DNA of 64,000 nt from Atractiella rhizophila (taxonomy: Eukaryota): NCBI GenBank assembly GCA_021432655.1, contig MU271248.1, positions 9,176 to 73,175 on the forward strand. Direction: 5' to 3'. Position numbers and translations under genes: made by a program. How positions within the stretch are numbered: the first letter of the stretch is position 1; every line of letters starts with the position of its first letter. The notes under the pieces are model-generated. The model searched no databases. It was given only the letters and a program-made list of their open reading frames with translations, and had not been told where the DNA came from. Below are positions 38,493 through 52,300 of this stretch, one piece after another.

Positions 38493-40041
38493 TCACTCTG
38501 ACGACGACTCAGCTCCAGTTTTCACATCCTCTTTCGCAGATGTGATCCACTCATCCTCCAATAACTCCTTCGCCGTTGGTCTTTCATCTGGATCCCACTG
38601 CAAACATCTGCGAATGAAATTCAGAAACCGCCGTTTGTTCACCCCTTCCAGGACTGTTGCCCTTTCCTCCAATGACATGGCTGGGACACTGATGCCAATT
38701 GCCTCGCCTTTCCAATTCCCTAACACGAGGAATCAGACATAAACAGGAGGGTCGAAGAGAACACAGACCATCTTCGTCAAAAAAGATGTTGCTAAACTGT
38801 CCGCGTTCGAGAACAGTCTTTGGAGGTGGTCCTAGCAGCGCCAACATCTCCGAAAGATGTCGCCAGTTGTGGTATCCATCCCTTTCCCACCCTCGAAAAA
38901 GGTTTCCCTTCTGTGCGGCAGTCCAGATCTGTGCACCGGAACCATTTATTGAAGGCTGTTACATCAAATTGCGAATCAGATGCATACCGTCATGCCTAAT
39001 CCCCAAATGTCGACTTTATAGCTCCATGGTATCCATAGCAGTAACTCAGGAGCGCGATACATGATAGGCATGATGTCCTCCGAGAAAGGTCCTTGATCTG
39101 CGAAACGCACTTCACCGTAATCAACGAGCACTGGCAGTCCTAGTGACAGACGAAGAGGCCGAGAACGATAGATAATACGATCTCCGTCGATCTTTCGAGG
39201 AGTTGGCATATCTTGGAACTCTTCCTCTTCATACGCTTCAAGGAGGGCTGGATCTTCGACCCTACAAAGGATGTTCTTCGGCTGTAAATCTGTTGTGAAT
39301 GTCGATGATGGTGTCAGATCACCATCGGGCAAAATGGAGAGAAAGACGAGCCAGTATGTATTAGCCGAGCTTCAGAATGAAGAAAGTTCAAGGCATGCAG
39401 CATTCGCATTGATAGAGCTTTCAGGAAAATAACAGGCAAGTCCTCATTGCCTGCTTGCGAAAGGTCGCACAGATCCTGAATACTCGTACCCAAGGGACGA
39501 TGGACAAGACACGTGTGCTCTGCTTCGCCAGCCGGTATCGAAAACCGCTCCGTCATGAATCTTATGCCAATTTTTCCAACGTCATCACTTTGAATGGATG
39601 CGAGATGGTGCAAAGCAGGAACTTCTCTATTCTTCCTTCGGGATGCGTCCCTCGTGTAAATTTTGACTGCACGATAAGTAGGCGTCGTTGTAAATCTGTG
39701 CCCCAGGAACAGTAAACCGCATACCATAGGTTATAGTGGATATATAATCCCTACGTGAGATCTCGGCACATCCAAACGGTCGAGGTAACGCCGTAACCAA
39801 GTTTTCCAACAATTTGGAAGCGCGAGTCGAGGACTTCTCCAAGCCGAGCGGGATAATAGCCAGCCACAACGTACGAAGGTAGGGTTTCTTCCTCTACTAA
39901 CTCGGAAGGCGGTATGACATCGAAACCAGTTGTCGGATAGAGCCTTGGTGACAGCTGAGCGGCAGGTCGACGTGTTAGATTTCGACGCATAACACTCGTG
40001 ACCGATGCAACCCGCTTCTCTGCCAACTTGAAGAACTCCAT
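38493..40041 (-). CDS. SRPK/Sky1-like CMGC protein kinase (fungal expanded type)
   Basis: YYPARLGEVL, GKLGYGVTSTVWMCRD, AVKI, IHTDLQPKNIL, LVDYGE, MYRAPE, KVDIWGLG, EMLALLGPPP, WDPDERPTAKELL. Confidence 0.88.
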
Positions 40042-40991
40042 GACGGAGAGAGAGCTTGAACCTGCAACCCCCTATCACTAAGTATGATATATGAGGGACA
40101 ACTGGTCAGCGGAACGTGAACGGACTGAAGGGCTGGGTAATGGGTTGAGCTGCAGTTTGCTCTCTCCTATTCTTGGTGCTCACTCATTGAGGTCGGCCTG
40201 GGAATATTGCTTACGGGCTGAGCTGCAGGGATCAACACCCCGTAAATTAACAACAAACTAAGCAATGAAAACCTGACTATTAGCTTGGTCCATGGTAGAA
40301 ACGAAACGAGACAAGTCCGAACCCTGCAGCATACAAACCTAAAGAAGGAAGGAACGGTATTTCTTTCTTTCGTCGCAGACGGGCAAGCGCTAGGTGAGAT
40401 AGAGATGGTCTTTGATTTGATTCGAATTACGAAATGATTTCTCGCAAGCCATGTCTAACACTGGCAATTGCTAGCAATCTTGGCTACTACGTCAAAGGCG
40501 ACCTTCGCTTACCGTGACGTTCACAATGCTGCATTGAGAGAGCGCTTTGACACTCTAGGGAGATTCTCTACATTTTCAACAACGTCTGGAAACAGGCGCA
40601 ACAGGAGCTCGAACTAAGGGGAGACAGAGGGCTTGCAAACCGACTCGGGACGTGGCAACAATGTTCACTCTCCAGGAGAGAGGAAGGTTACAGTAATGAG
40701 GGCAAGCTGTTTGGGGCTAACAGTCCAAGGCGGTTGGGCTACAGTGTAAATTAGCGTGACTGGGACCTAGAATGAACAATGATGACCAGAAATAAACGTC
40801 ATGAGCAGCAAGTAGACATCTTTATTCGATAAGCGTTACTACACTGGAGCTTTGAGCCGTAAAACATGGCTGAATTATCCAAAAGACTGCAATATAAATT
40901 TGAATTGAAAGAAAATAGAAAGTTTCCGTGATGGAATCACCATCCAGCTTATTTTGAGGTAGCTGAAAGTCATCTTATTAGACTGAAAATA

Positions 40992-43900
40992 TTAGGAAGG
41001 ATTGGCGTTCCTCGGGAAGACTTCCAAAATCCTGTTGAAGAGAGCATCATAGCCATGATGATCCGAAAAACCCGACTGATCACCAGCAAATCCAGTTTGA
41101 GGGTCGTAGTACTGATGCGAGTGAGAATGAGCTGGCACATGATCAGGCGGCGGATGACTTGGGGGAGCGTAGAGGACATTGGCGTGACCTGGACTTGGAT
41201 TTGGGTAGGGGAGAGTAACGTCGTTGAAGAGGAAATCGGTGCTGAAGAGCGGATTGTTTGGGATCCTTGTGTCCTGAGGAGCTGTGGAAGGAGGCGGCTG
41301 GGGGTGCGCAGATGAAGGTACAACAGGAGCAGAAGGGTAGTATCTCGCTTCGATGGGTGGCGGTACGGTCCTTGCCACTGTGGCCGCTGTAGCTGTGGCA
41401 ATGGGCCATTGATGTTGTTGCGTGGAGTCGAAATATGAGCTAGGTTGGAAGTCCGCAGACCTTGTTTGATGGGGGGGTGGATGGTATGGAGGTTGAAATG
41501 TAAACTGATAAGACGGTTGAGGGGCATCAGGGACGTCGTTTCGCAGGGCGACTGGTCGTGCTTGCGCAGAGATCGAGGCAAGGTCGTCAGCAGGAAAGCG
41601 ATACGACGCCGAAGGTATCGAACCTGTGCTATTTGTGGACGGAGAAGGGGCCATGGCTGGTGCCTATTCAAATGATTTATGCGAGACAGAGAACGAGAGA
41701 ACATATTGCGTACTTTGTGTACGAGCCGTTCCTCTTCTGGTGAATCGCTGTTGGCAGGCCCTGAGCCAGGGACGTAGATCGGTGAATATTCGTTGTCGTC
41801 GCCTGGACTCCGCTTCGTGCGTTTCGTCGTTCGCCTATCGAAATGTCAATTAACGGAACTTATCTCTCGCATCCCCAACAAACTCACCGTAGCGCTATGT
41901 CGTCGTTCTGTCCCACCTTTCTCAATATAAACTCCAGGATAGCCACGCTCCTCCTCATCGTCGGCGACATTTCCATGAAAGGTTCCAAACATTCGCAAGC
42001 CGACTTGACATATCTGAGTGATTCGTCAAAGTTTTTATGATTCGGGTATCCTTCGTATCCAACGACTCAGCAATGTAGAATGACGGACAGAGAGGTTGGT
42101 ACTCAGGCAAGCAATTGCTAGAACTACAGCAGCAGAGACGCCATAGAATTGGATGGCAAGACCGGCCCTCCGAAAGATGGGAGACCGTTGCATGATTGTG
42201 ATGTGACCTGGAAATTCTCAGCTTCTGCTGAGCAATGAAGAAAGAAGAACCGACGAGCATGGTCGATACAGAGCTGTCTGTAGTCGTTGACATCTTTCAC
42301 CTCGTCCGCAGCTACAGAGAAGAAAGGTTGGTATAGTTTGATGTAACCTTCAACGATCGTATCTTTAGGTGTACGTGGATACGAATGCGCAAGTGCACTC
42401 ACAAAACGCTATAGCCGAATTGACGTATCCCCTATAAACCTGAAACGACGGTCCTCCACCGGCTAACTGAGATGCAAGATCGTCATCGCAGTCGAAATTG
42501 TACCGATAACTAGCTGGCATAGTCTTCTCTAGAGCCTCAAGCTCCTTGCCCAGGTCTACGACTTTCAGATATGATATTTGCCTCTGACCTAATATTTTAG
42601 TATCGATTCGTCGCAAGATTAAAGCGCATTGGTGAACTGCATATGCTTCAGCGCCGCCACTTCTCTATGTAGGAAGGACTTGAAGACGAACAGAAGTTCA
42701 GAACTCTCTTTGAGAGTTGGGGAACTCGCCCTTCCTCTTCTTTTCCTGACAAGTCCTTGAGGTCCTTTCTCTCATTCGATAGTGCTTCAATCTCGTCGTC
42801 GCTCAGTTCTGATGGCAAGTTCACAGACCAAGCGCCAGAATCGAGAGGCGTCCAAATCTTGCCGTGGAGAGAGCAATTCATGAATTCGATCTGTGCCGAT
42901 CGAATTCGGTCAATTCTTCAGCAAGGCAGCATGTGGGGGACAAAAAGCTCACCTGCGCGAGGACGAAGGCGATCCGTCGTCGTTCCTCTTTCTCAACAAG
43001 GGTAAATTGAACGTTAAGGTCGTCAGGATCGAAGTTCATCGATAGTTCATTCGCCCAAAAGACGGCTTTTGCATACATAGAGCGACAGAACAAAACGTCA
43101 TCTCCTACAGCCAATTCCGTCAGAAGCCTTCGTGTCGACTGCGCTCAAGTGCAAACGTACCTGGCAGAACCCAGAAGAAACGACCTGTGAGAATGTGGGC
43201 GCGCACTCCCTCGAAAGTCGGTTGCTCTGTATAACAAATTAGAATAAATAGAAGCGTCAGTGCAGAATGAGGAAAGATATACGTTCGATCTCCAGTAGTC
43301 TGACAGCAGCACTAGCCAGCTCCTTCGCCTTCTTCATCGCTTTCTCCCACTCTTCTGTCTGCGGTCCATGTCGGTGAAACGGGAGCAAAGTCATGGCGAG
43401 CACTGAGAGGAGGGAGGCGAGAAAGTGTGGATGGACCGATTTCGGGTCCTCACGGAATGCTTTGATTTTCTTCTTCAGAGTAGGGATGTGGAACGGGTGG
43501 TAGGCGATATCTTGGTAAGTGTAGAAAGGCAGAAGGAGTACATCGATTTGTGTTGGTGAGGGAACAAGGTGTATTATATCGTGCAGCGTCCGGCGGTCTT
43601 GGTGGAAGGTGAAACCGTGGGAGGGTGTTGTGGAGAGTTGAGGCGCGATGAATGCATAGGAAGTCAGCTCATTCTTTGCCTGTCACGGCAGTTCAAAGAT
43701 CAAACTAGCTTTTGAAACTGAGAAGACAGAAACGCGGACCTCCTTGATCAACTTCTCGTCGTCCATCCCTCCTTGGTGCTGGAGAGGCCTGATCGAATCG
43801 GGAAGCGCCAGCCTAGTGAAAGCAGACACAAGATTTTCGACCGGAGTCTCAATGACAGGAACCGAAGGAGGAGACCCAAAGTTCGTGGATGATTTCCTTT

Positions 43901-44352
43901 GAAGGACAGCGGTGGGGCTGGACGATGAGTTACCTATCTGCTGAGACTCGATATACTTTTCTAGCCGGTTCAACTTGTCTCGGAGCTCTTCGAGGTCGTT
44001 CTTCCCACGAAGGATGTGCCTTACGCCAAAACCAACACGTCAGCATGCTGCTGTCGTATAAGAAATGTCTCACGTACTTGGGAAGTGGTTTCGCGCCTTG
44101 CCAGTCGCTTTTCGGATCGAATCTGATTAACCTCGGCGAAGGACAGAGGGAGAAACAAACCATTGGTCCCCTTCTCCTCTGGCCACACATTGCTCGCACG
44201 GCTCTCCTCGCGAGCACTATCCGGCAGCTGTTGATCAATATTGAAAACGAGAAGATTAAAAAGGGAAAACACACTTTTTGTCGTTTTGTCCTGCATTGCC
44301 TGCAACTTCTCAACACTGGGGCCTTCTTCGGAGGGGCAGGAGCAGCGCTCAT
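40992..44352 (-). CDS. Zn(II)2Cys6 fungal transcription factor
   Basis: Spliced N-terminus SCRQCRTKRQKCSRGEPCEQCVARGEGDQCDW (6 Cys); middle homology region PFHIPTL and DPDDL...EKEERRRIAF; Pro/Gln-rich C-terminus ending NANPS*. Confidence 0.9.
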
Positions 44353-44813
44353 TTTATGTCCCAGCGTTAGACTTTCGCCTGTCACTGGGATAGACCCAAC
44401 CCTCTGGAAAGGCGATGATCGAGAAATTGAGTCGTGAACTCCTCACGGCTCCAGCTGGAGACAATGCTTCTCGCTGCGCATTCGCTGCGGAAGAACAATG
44501 TCTCAAGTCTTGAGCTTCTCCGTTCGGTACCGCCAAACGACAAAACCAACAATTACGTTCCGCGCAAAGGCCTGCTGCCCAGACAGCGAGCGTCAAAGCT
44601 CAAAGGGCTTCAAACGGCGCGTAGAGGCATAGAAATCAACAACATTAAACAAAGCTAATACATTGAAGGCTGGGCGAGCGGTCATTGCACCAACGCGAAC
44701 AACACAAATCGCCTTTCTTCGCTGACAATCGTTGTCGTTCCATTCTACGCTTTATAAACAGCAAAACCGTTCTGCTTGCCTCCAATCTAGGGTTAATCCA
44801 ACCTGAAATCGAA

Positions 44814-47800
44814 ATGCCACGCAAAGGAGGAGGCAAGAGAAAAGGTGTCAATCCTAAATGGGTGATATGTGCTAATCTTTTACGAGGCGATTTCTGCCCT
44901 TTCGTCGACTGCCAATTCTCTCACGATGTCTGGACATGCGAAGAGTGCAGGATAGTCATGTCTTCATCTAGCAAATGGAGCCATCTCAAAGGAAGGAAGC
45001 ACTTGCAACAGGTTCGCCAAAATCGCGCACAGGATCCAAATCCGACAGCTGCGATGCCTCCTCCCATCGTCGAGACGAAGAGCTCCGATCCATCCTTCTG
45101 TCCAGCTTGTGACCGTCGGATCCCTCTTGCGGCCCGCGCTTCGCATTTTACGGATCGCAATCATCTGAGAAAGGAGAGGTATCTCAAGTACAAGTTGGCA
45201 GAGGAGCATCTGGAGAAGAATAAAGGCGGAGTGGAAGTCGGACGCGTTGGAGGTGTCGACTTTGGAACACTGGATATGGAGAGTCCCATGAAAGCGTCCA
45301 TGGAAATAGAGTTGGAGATTACTGTTTTGGACGGCGGACAGATTGATTGGGGGAAGGTCAGGCTCAGCGCGGCTGCCGTTCGAGCAGGGTAAGACTCTCA
45401 TTCTCTTACATCCTTTTCCAGTGCAAATACTAAGAGCTTGATCAACGTAGTTTCACCTCGAGTGCCCAACCAGAATCAATCAACAGCAGGGATTATCGAC
45501 TCAGCATTTACTTTCAGACCACCCCTTACGCAGGAGTGTACGAGGGTCGTCTTGAGCTCTCCTTTACTCGCCGCGCCTCTTCCTCCTCAAAGCCATTTGT
45601 TATCTCCCGTCCGCTCGTCTGTCGCGTCGGCTCCCTAACGGACTACGAGGACCTGAAGCCAATCGCGCCGTATAAGCCGATTAGACGGGAAGACATTGAT
45701 CTTCGCGAGCAAGAAGATGTCGTCCCTGGTCAACCCCCTGAAGCGATCGCGGAAATTAAGTGGAGTAAAAGCAGGAAGCTGAAGAAGTTTGAGGTGCCCA
45801 AATATATGGTTGATTTTGTGGAGGAGGAGGATGCAAAGAGGAAGATTGCTGGCATGATGGCTGCTGTTGGAGCATTGTCGGCGAAGACGGTAGGGACGTT
45901 CTGGAAGATGGTATTGTGGTTGGAGGAGGTGCAGATGATGTGTGCCAGATTTTCTGCTTCCCACGCCAACGTTGTTGATTCAAGTTGCAGGCGAGACATT
46001 CGACGATACGATATGAGTGAGGCGACCTTGACTGCGTCTCGGCAAAATTATCTGTTCGCCGTTTTCTATAACATACACAAATATCGATGTTGTGGTGTGC
46101 AGGCTTTCTGTTCCTGGTCTCGCTGAGAAGAGACCATCAGTCCTCATTGGCGATACCATTCGAGTCCGGCCGACTAAGGACAGTGGAAGATGGTTCGAAG
46201 GCTATGTTCACACAGTCGAGCTTTCGCAGGTTGGATTGCGCTTCGACTCCAGGTTCCAACCCATCAAGTGCGTTCTCCACAACCAACGGCTAATCGGGCA
46301 GGGCTAAGGATAGTATAGGAACACCAAATTCGACGTCCGCTTTACAGTCTCCAGACTCCCGATGCGAAGAATGCATCAAGCCATGGATGTCGCTATCGAG
46401 GGTTCCATCTCCTCCCATCTCTTCCCCGCCTCGCTTCCCTGGTCCATGCCTTTCTTGGAGGATGAAGACATCGAGGAATTCCAAACTTTCGACAGGAAGA
46501 TGGCGAACAACAAAGCCCAAAAAACGGCTGTTCTCTCGATTCTCGAGAATACCGATAATGCATTCCCAATCAAAATCATCTTTGGTTAGTCACTCTGAAC
46601 TCGCCACACTGCCCTTTCTCATCTCAACTGGCCCCAGGTCCATTTGGTACAGGAAAGACGTCAACCATGGTCGAAGCTGCGCGGCAACTCTTGAAAAGGA
46701 AGAGTGCAAAACTTCTCCTCTGCGCTCCCTCAAATGCGGCCAGTGACATCTTAGCCGAACGCCTAGCGCTTCATCTGAACAAGAGCGAAATCTTAAGGTT
46801 GAACGCTCCATCCCGCGTCGACCTTGGAATCCCAGAAGTAGTCCGGAGCATTTCTCGCAAAGCAAACGGATTCTTCTGCGTTCCTCCGATAGCTGAGTTG
46901 GAGAACTTCAGAGTAGTCGTCTGCACTCTGTGCAGCGCTTCAGTTCTTTATGGAATCGGGCTTAAGGCTGGACATTTTTCGCATATCATGGTCGACGAAG
47001 CTGGGCAGGGATTGGAACCAGAGTGTCTCATCCCCATAACGGAATTCTACCAACCTGGAAGGGTTCAAATCGTTCTCGCTGGAGACCCGCAACAGTTGGG
47101 TCCAATTATACGAAGCAAGCACGCTGGTGATTATGGGCTTGGAAGAAGCCTGTTAGAACGACTGATGAGCCAAGAGACCTTTGATTACACCAGGTTCAAT
47201 GGAAAAACTGTCGTCAAGCTCATCCAGAACTACAGGAACCATTCTTCTATCCTCAAATTCCCCAATGAGCGATTCTACGCTTCAGAACTCGTTGAATGCG
47301 CTGATCCAACAGTCACGCAAAGCCTACTTCGATTCAGCGACATTCCCAAACCCAACTCGCAGTTTCCGGTAATTTTCCATTCCGTCAAAGGGAAGGACGA
47401 GAGGGAGGCGTCATCTCCATCCTTCTTTAATATACCGGAGGTCACCCTGGTGAAGAAATATGCGTCCGCTTTATTAGAGGACAAAAAATTGAGGCTGCTC
47501 CCGGAGCAAATCGGAGTTATTTCGCCATATCATGGGCAAGTGCAAAAGATTAGGAAAAGCTTTGCAGGAAAGGGAGAATTAAAGAAGATTAAGGTGGGAT
47601 CGACGGAGGAATTTCAGGGCCAGGTAACTTTTCTTCCTTCCTTTGCCTTCTAGATCCTTGAGCTGAAAGGATTGGTTGTCACAGGAACGGCGAGCGATCA
47701 TAATCTCGACTGTCAGGAGCAATGCGGAGTATCTGAAAGAAGATAAGATGTTCTCTCTGGGGTTCCTCTCCAATCCAAAGCGATTCAATGGTTGGTTTGT

Positions 47801-48108
47801 CTTCTTTCGCGTCACAATCGACTAATGAGAGCACAGTCGCGATCACTCGTGCCCAAGCCCTTCTGGTCATTATCGGAGATCCAAATGTCCTCTCACTTGA
47901 TCCGCTCTGGAAAGGCTTCCTCAGCTACATCTACAACAATGGTGGATGGACCGGGAGACCGGATCCCGAATGGGATGTGAATGAGGATGGTGTTGAGGAA
48001 GTTGGGAGCTTTGAGTTTGGAGAAATGGAGAGAGCTATCAAGATGTTGGAGGATGAAGATGCGGATGAAGAAGCTTCAGCTCAACGACCTTGGAACAGGG
48101 AAGAGTAG
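44814..48108 (+). CDS. MOV10/SDE3-like SF1 (UPF1-like) RNA helicase with N-terminal CCCH and C2H2 zinc fingers
   Basis: CANLLRGDFCPFVDCQFSH (CCCH); CEEC...HLKGRKH and CPAC...HFTDRNH fingers; VPGLAEKRPSVLIGD; FGPFGTGKT; CAPSNAASD; DEAGQ; AGDPQQLGP; NYRNH; EEFQGQE; NVAITRA. Confidence 0.93.
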
Positions 48109-48192
48109 GCGCTACTTTGCTTGAATAATCAGTGTGAATTCTACAAAATACTCTTGATTTTACAAACAGTAGTACTGCAACGCAATGCATGA

Positions 48193-48860
48193 TCATGTCG
48201 TTTTACTCACTCCGGACGGCGATGGCGGCCAATAGTTACCTTGCTTGTCCACAACTTTAGCGAAAAACCTGGGATCTAAACGCCCTTCCTTCCTGCCATC
48301 TTCGACGTCTATGGGCTCGCCGTCCGTGAGGATGACATTGTTTTGCGACCGGAAAAATTTGATGCCTGCCTCGAGGGCCAGGGGAACATTGATGTAGATG
48401 AAGAGATCACAGTTGGCACGAACGCCTGAGCTCCAGTTTAGAAGAAATATACCAGAGATGGCGAAGGACAAACCACTGATGACGCCTTCTTCTCCAGGCA
48501 GACCAACAGCTAGATGCAGATGATTCCTAGTCATCGTTCTCAATCCTTCTTTCTCTAAATCAAGAAAAATGTGAGACGGCATAGCTTGACAGAGCCAAAA
48601 CAACCTATAGACTTCCAGAACCTCTTATAAGTGCCATGAAGGCAAGTTGGCAAATCTTCAGAGGAGAGAATAGGCGTGAGCTCCAAGGCAGCGACGTCGA
48701 TGGAGTGTCCTTGATTAGCTCGAATCAGAAGCACCTCAGGTTTTTCAGGGTCTGATCCTGGCTCAGATATCATCGTGAACCGTTGTTTCGCGTTCGAGTC
48801 CACGATTGAACGTAACAGAGGAACGTCCACTTTGAGTGACTTGAATCGTTGCAGCCTGAG
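48193..48860 (-). CDS. TPT1: tRNA 2'-phosphotransferase (first exon lies in corrupted sequence)
   Basis: IVDSNAKQRF, IRANQGHSI, LHGT, GLRTMTRNHLHLA, VISGVRANC, GIKFFRSQNNVILTDG. Confidence 0.92.
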
Positions 48861-48869
48861 CTACAACTT

Positions 48870-49225
48870 ACACAAGACACCACACCGCCGAGAGCGCGCA
48901 AAAAACATATACACACAAAAAATCCAAAACGAAAAAAAACCCCACAACACACATCTAGACCAAAAGCAGAGGCGCCACGCCCCAGAAAACTCGAGAGAGA
49001 GCTGGAAAAAAAAACACCTCGAGATTCGCAAAAACACCCCCTCCCCCGCGCTTTCGCGGCGCGAGAGACCACATTTATACGCGAGATGAGACGAAAACCG
49101 GGGACAAAAGACGAGATCACACGCAAAAAGAGAACAAAACGAGACACACAAAAAAAGAACAACGGGCCCCCAACCGGCAAAAAGGCCCGAAAACCCGCCG
49201 AACGGGAAGAAAAAACAAAGCAAAG
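48870..49225. other. A/C-rich low-quality sequence (probable base-calling or assembly artefact) over TPT1 exon 1
   Basis: Abrupt T-depleted, homopolymer-rich composition. The minus strand reads SSSLSSFLGRGASAFGL, a distorted form of the Tpt1 S..LS..LRHGA...GL motif. Confidence 0.8.
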
Positions 49226-49358
49226 CCTGGTCCGGAAACTCGTGCCAACTCGACTTACTCAAAGAGGCTGGCTCAGGAGACCAGCAGTGGTCAGGGCAGA
49301 GCAAGGGATTGCGGGAAGATACCACAGACAGACTTATGGAAGAGCTGATCCAGTGATC

Positions 49359-52300
49359 ATGCCGAGTTCCATACCCTCCAGCGCAATAGCTGGCTGCCTG
49401 CAGCTGGCAAGGGACATTTACAGCGTCAGGAGTCGCTGGAAAGACAACAAACGGCTGTCAGGTGTGTAAACGTTATGGCCGTTGTCTGATATGCTGAAGC
49501 ATGGCGTGTAGATGCCCTCATCAAGTTCGCTCAAAACTTGGAGGCAGTACGTGCGACCATTTCGAGCGAAATGTCATACGAGCAATGAACATGCCACGTA
49601 CAGGCACTCTTTCGATTGAAGGCTCGAGAAGGCAGACTTACCGGTGCTAAGTCCAATGTTGCGCTCGGTACGTGTACAACATAGGATGTGCTGCTACTTA
49701 TCTGACGGTTCAACAGACTCCATTTCCCGCGAATTCGAAAATGTTCGCAATTTGCTCCAATCAAACGAAGAAAGTGGGTTCATCAAAAACTCATCGCCAT
49801 ATTCTTACAATCATTTTGGTAGACTTGAAGAGCGCATGGAACGCGAACGAAGCTGCAAATTGGTTGCAAGCCTTGGATGACCGTGCCTTCAAAAGCTTTG
49901 CATCCAAGTTCAGTGTCGCGCTCTTCGAGTCTGTTCAAGGTCAGCTCTTCACAGCTTGCTTCACTTCATAGGTCCTCGTAACTTAATTGGCCTACAGGCA
50001 ATCGACGACAGCACCACGATATCCAGAAATGGCTTGATAGTCTGGAAGTCAACGCGTCAAATGAGCCGCAACTCATTGAGAATATTGTGCAGCACACGTC
50101 ATCACAACAACTTCGCGAGATCATATTCCTTCTCCGGGAGGAGCGAGAGGCGTCGAGAAGTCAACCTAATGCATCATTTCCCTCGCAAAACCTAAACTCC
50201 ACGGTATCTCCAATGTGGTCTCCGGAGCTTTCATCCCAATCCTCCTATTTTCGTGATGATATGCTAGTTTCGATCAGCGGTGACGGACCAACCGGAAAGA
50301 CCGCAACGACCAACGTCTTATTTGCGACTCAAGAAGTCGAGAGGACCATTGCTCCCCTTCTAGATCAAATTACGGCCAGTCAGCAACAGAAAGAGGACTC
50401 GCTCCAACGTCAATTGTCCAACATGAGCATCCCGAATGGCGTCCCAGTCATCAGGCCTCCATCTCGCCAACCCTCTCCACAACCTCCACAGTCCACCTCA
50501 CATCTTCCCCCTTCCAGTCCTTCTCGAAGCCCTGGTCCCACTTCACCACCGCAAATGGCTACTCGGCAATTACCACCTCACCCTCCAGCTCATTCTAACA
50601 GTTTTCCTACTGGACCACGACCACCGAAAGGCAACGCTGGAATGTTTGTTAACACAACACATTTGCCTAGCCCGAAACAGAGCAACTCTACGAGGACTTC
50701 TCCAGCGTCACCTTGCCAGTCCGTCCTGAAGTCCGGGTCCGTTCCGGGACACCCTCCGTCGGACAGAAACGAAACGACCAAGCCAAGGTCACCGAATCTC
50801 ACAAAGTCTCCCAGCATGCAGAATGTGCCTACAACCTATGATAAAGGGAAAGGAAGAGCCAACGACACCCCACATCTTAACGTGAATATTCCACCAGTCC
50901 ACAGCTGGAGCGGAGGGGCGGTCCCTGGGGGGATGATTGGGTTCAATGCAGTGGGTGTGTCCTTCACCCTAATACTTTCCGGATAGGTTGCTGACGGTTC
51001 AAATAACAGATCCTGTTAGTGAGTGCAGACCGGCCAACCTCGTATAGTAGACTCATGTGTACATGTCAGCGAAATTCGAGATTGTAGATCCAGTGCTAGG
51101 AAGGTACGTTATGGGTCACATACTTCCTTCTTTTGCTTAGACTTGTCTGAATCTACAGTGATGGTTTGATTCATGATCGCTGGACGCTCATCATCAATCC
51201 ACACCAACCGAACTCTCGCGACCCTACCGAGACACTGCGCATCGTGGGGGACGTTGTCCAGCTTAGGGAGGCAATCTTCAAAACCTTCCCCGAGCGACAG
51301 GTAGAGTGTGAGATCAGGAGGAGCGGTTATCGCGACGTATTTTTACTGTCCTTCAAGCACGCCTACCAAAGCTGACAGAGTTGAATTGCAGAGGGCCCTG
51401 GAACTGATCGCGACCAAGGGACATCTCTACCTCCGAGAGATCCTCACCCATCTCGACAATGTCCTCCTTTGGGATCCTACGTCCGTCCGCCTGCTTCTTC
51501 ATCGCGCTATAGTCCGTATCCGCCTTCGAGAACTCGAAGGTGCTTTAGCGGATCTTAACAAAGTTGTGGCCATCACAAAGCCTTCGTCACCGTCGTCTCC
51601 CCCATTGCAGGGATATTTCGATGCTCTACGCTTCCGCGCTGTCGTTAAGGAGGAAATCAGAGACCTTGCCGGCGCGGAGAAAGACCTTTCTGAAATCTTT
51701 AGCAGCAATCCTAACGATGACTTCCTGGCTATCAGCTTGAGTGCTGGTCTCAAAGCCAACCGAGGGGATTTTGACGGCGCGGAGGCCGCTCTTGAGAAAT
51801 CCAAGGGAGCCGAAGCCAGGGAGATTGCACATGCGACTGAATTCCAAGCGCAGAATAGAGACCTCGCTTACCTGGCGAGAGGATGGGCGTATTCAAGTGT
51901 GAGCTCCTTTCTAGCGCGAAGTCCAGAGTATGAACCGACAGTGCGTTCTCGGATAAGGTAGGAAACTTTGCCGCTGCACTGGACGACTTTGGTCTCTCTC
52001 TCTCGCTTCGTCCGACTCCAGAGCCTTACACTCTGGCGTCTCGCGGTTTGGCTTTGATCAACACTGGACGTCCAGATGAAGGGATGGCAGATATTGAAGC
52101 AGCGATCAAGGACGTATTGCAGTATGAAGCGAAGCAATCCGAGAGTGCCGAGCGAAAACTAGCTCCTGGATATCAAGAAGATAAGATCCCTATACATGCT
52201 TATGGTCCTTTCTTTCTCAGAGGTTTGCATTTCATTATACTTCAACGGGTCACAGTGGTTGATCATACCTTGATTAGGACTGGCAAAGTACAGTTACCAA

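Noticed and set aside
48775..49325. Lys/Arg-rich and Phe/Cys-rich ORFs on both strands
   Set aside because: They are by-products of the low-quality A/C-rich tract.
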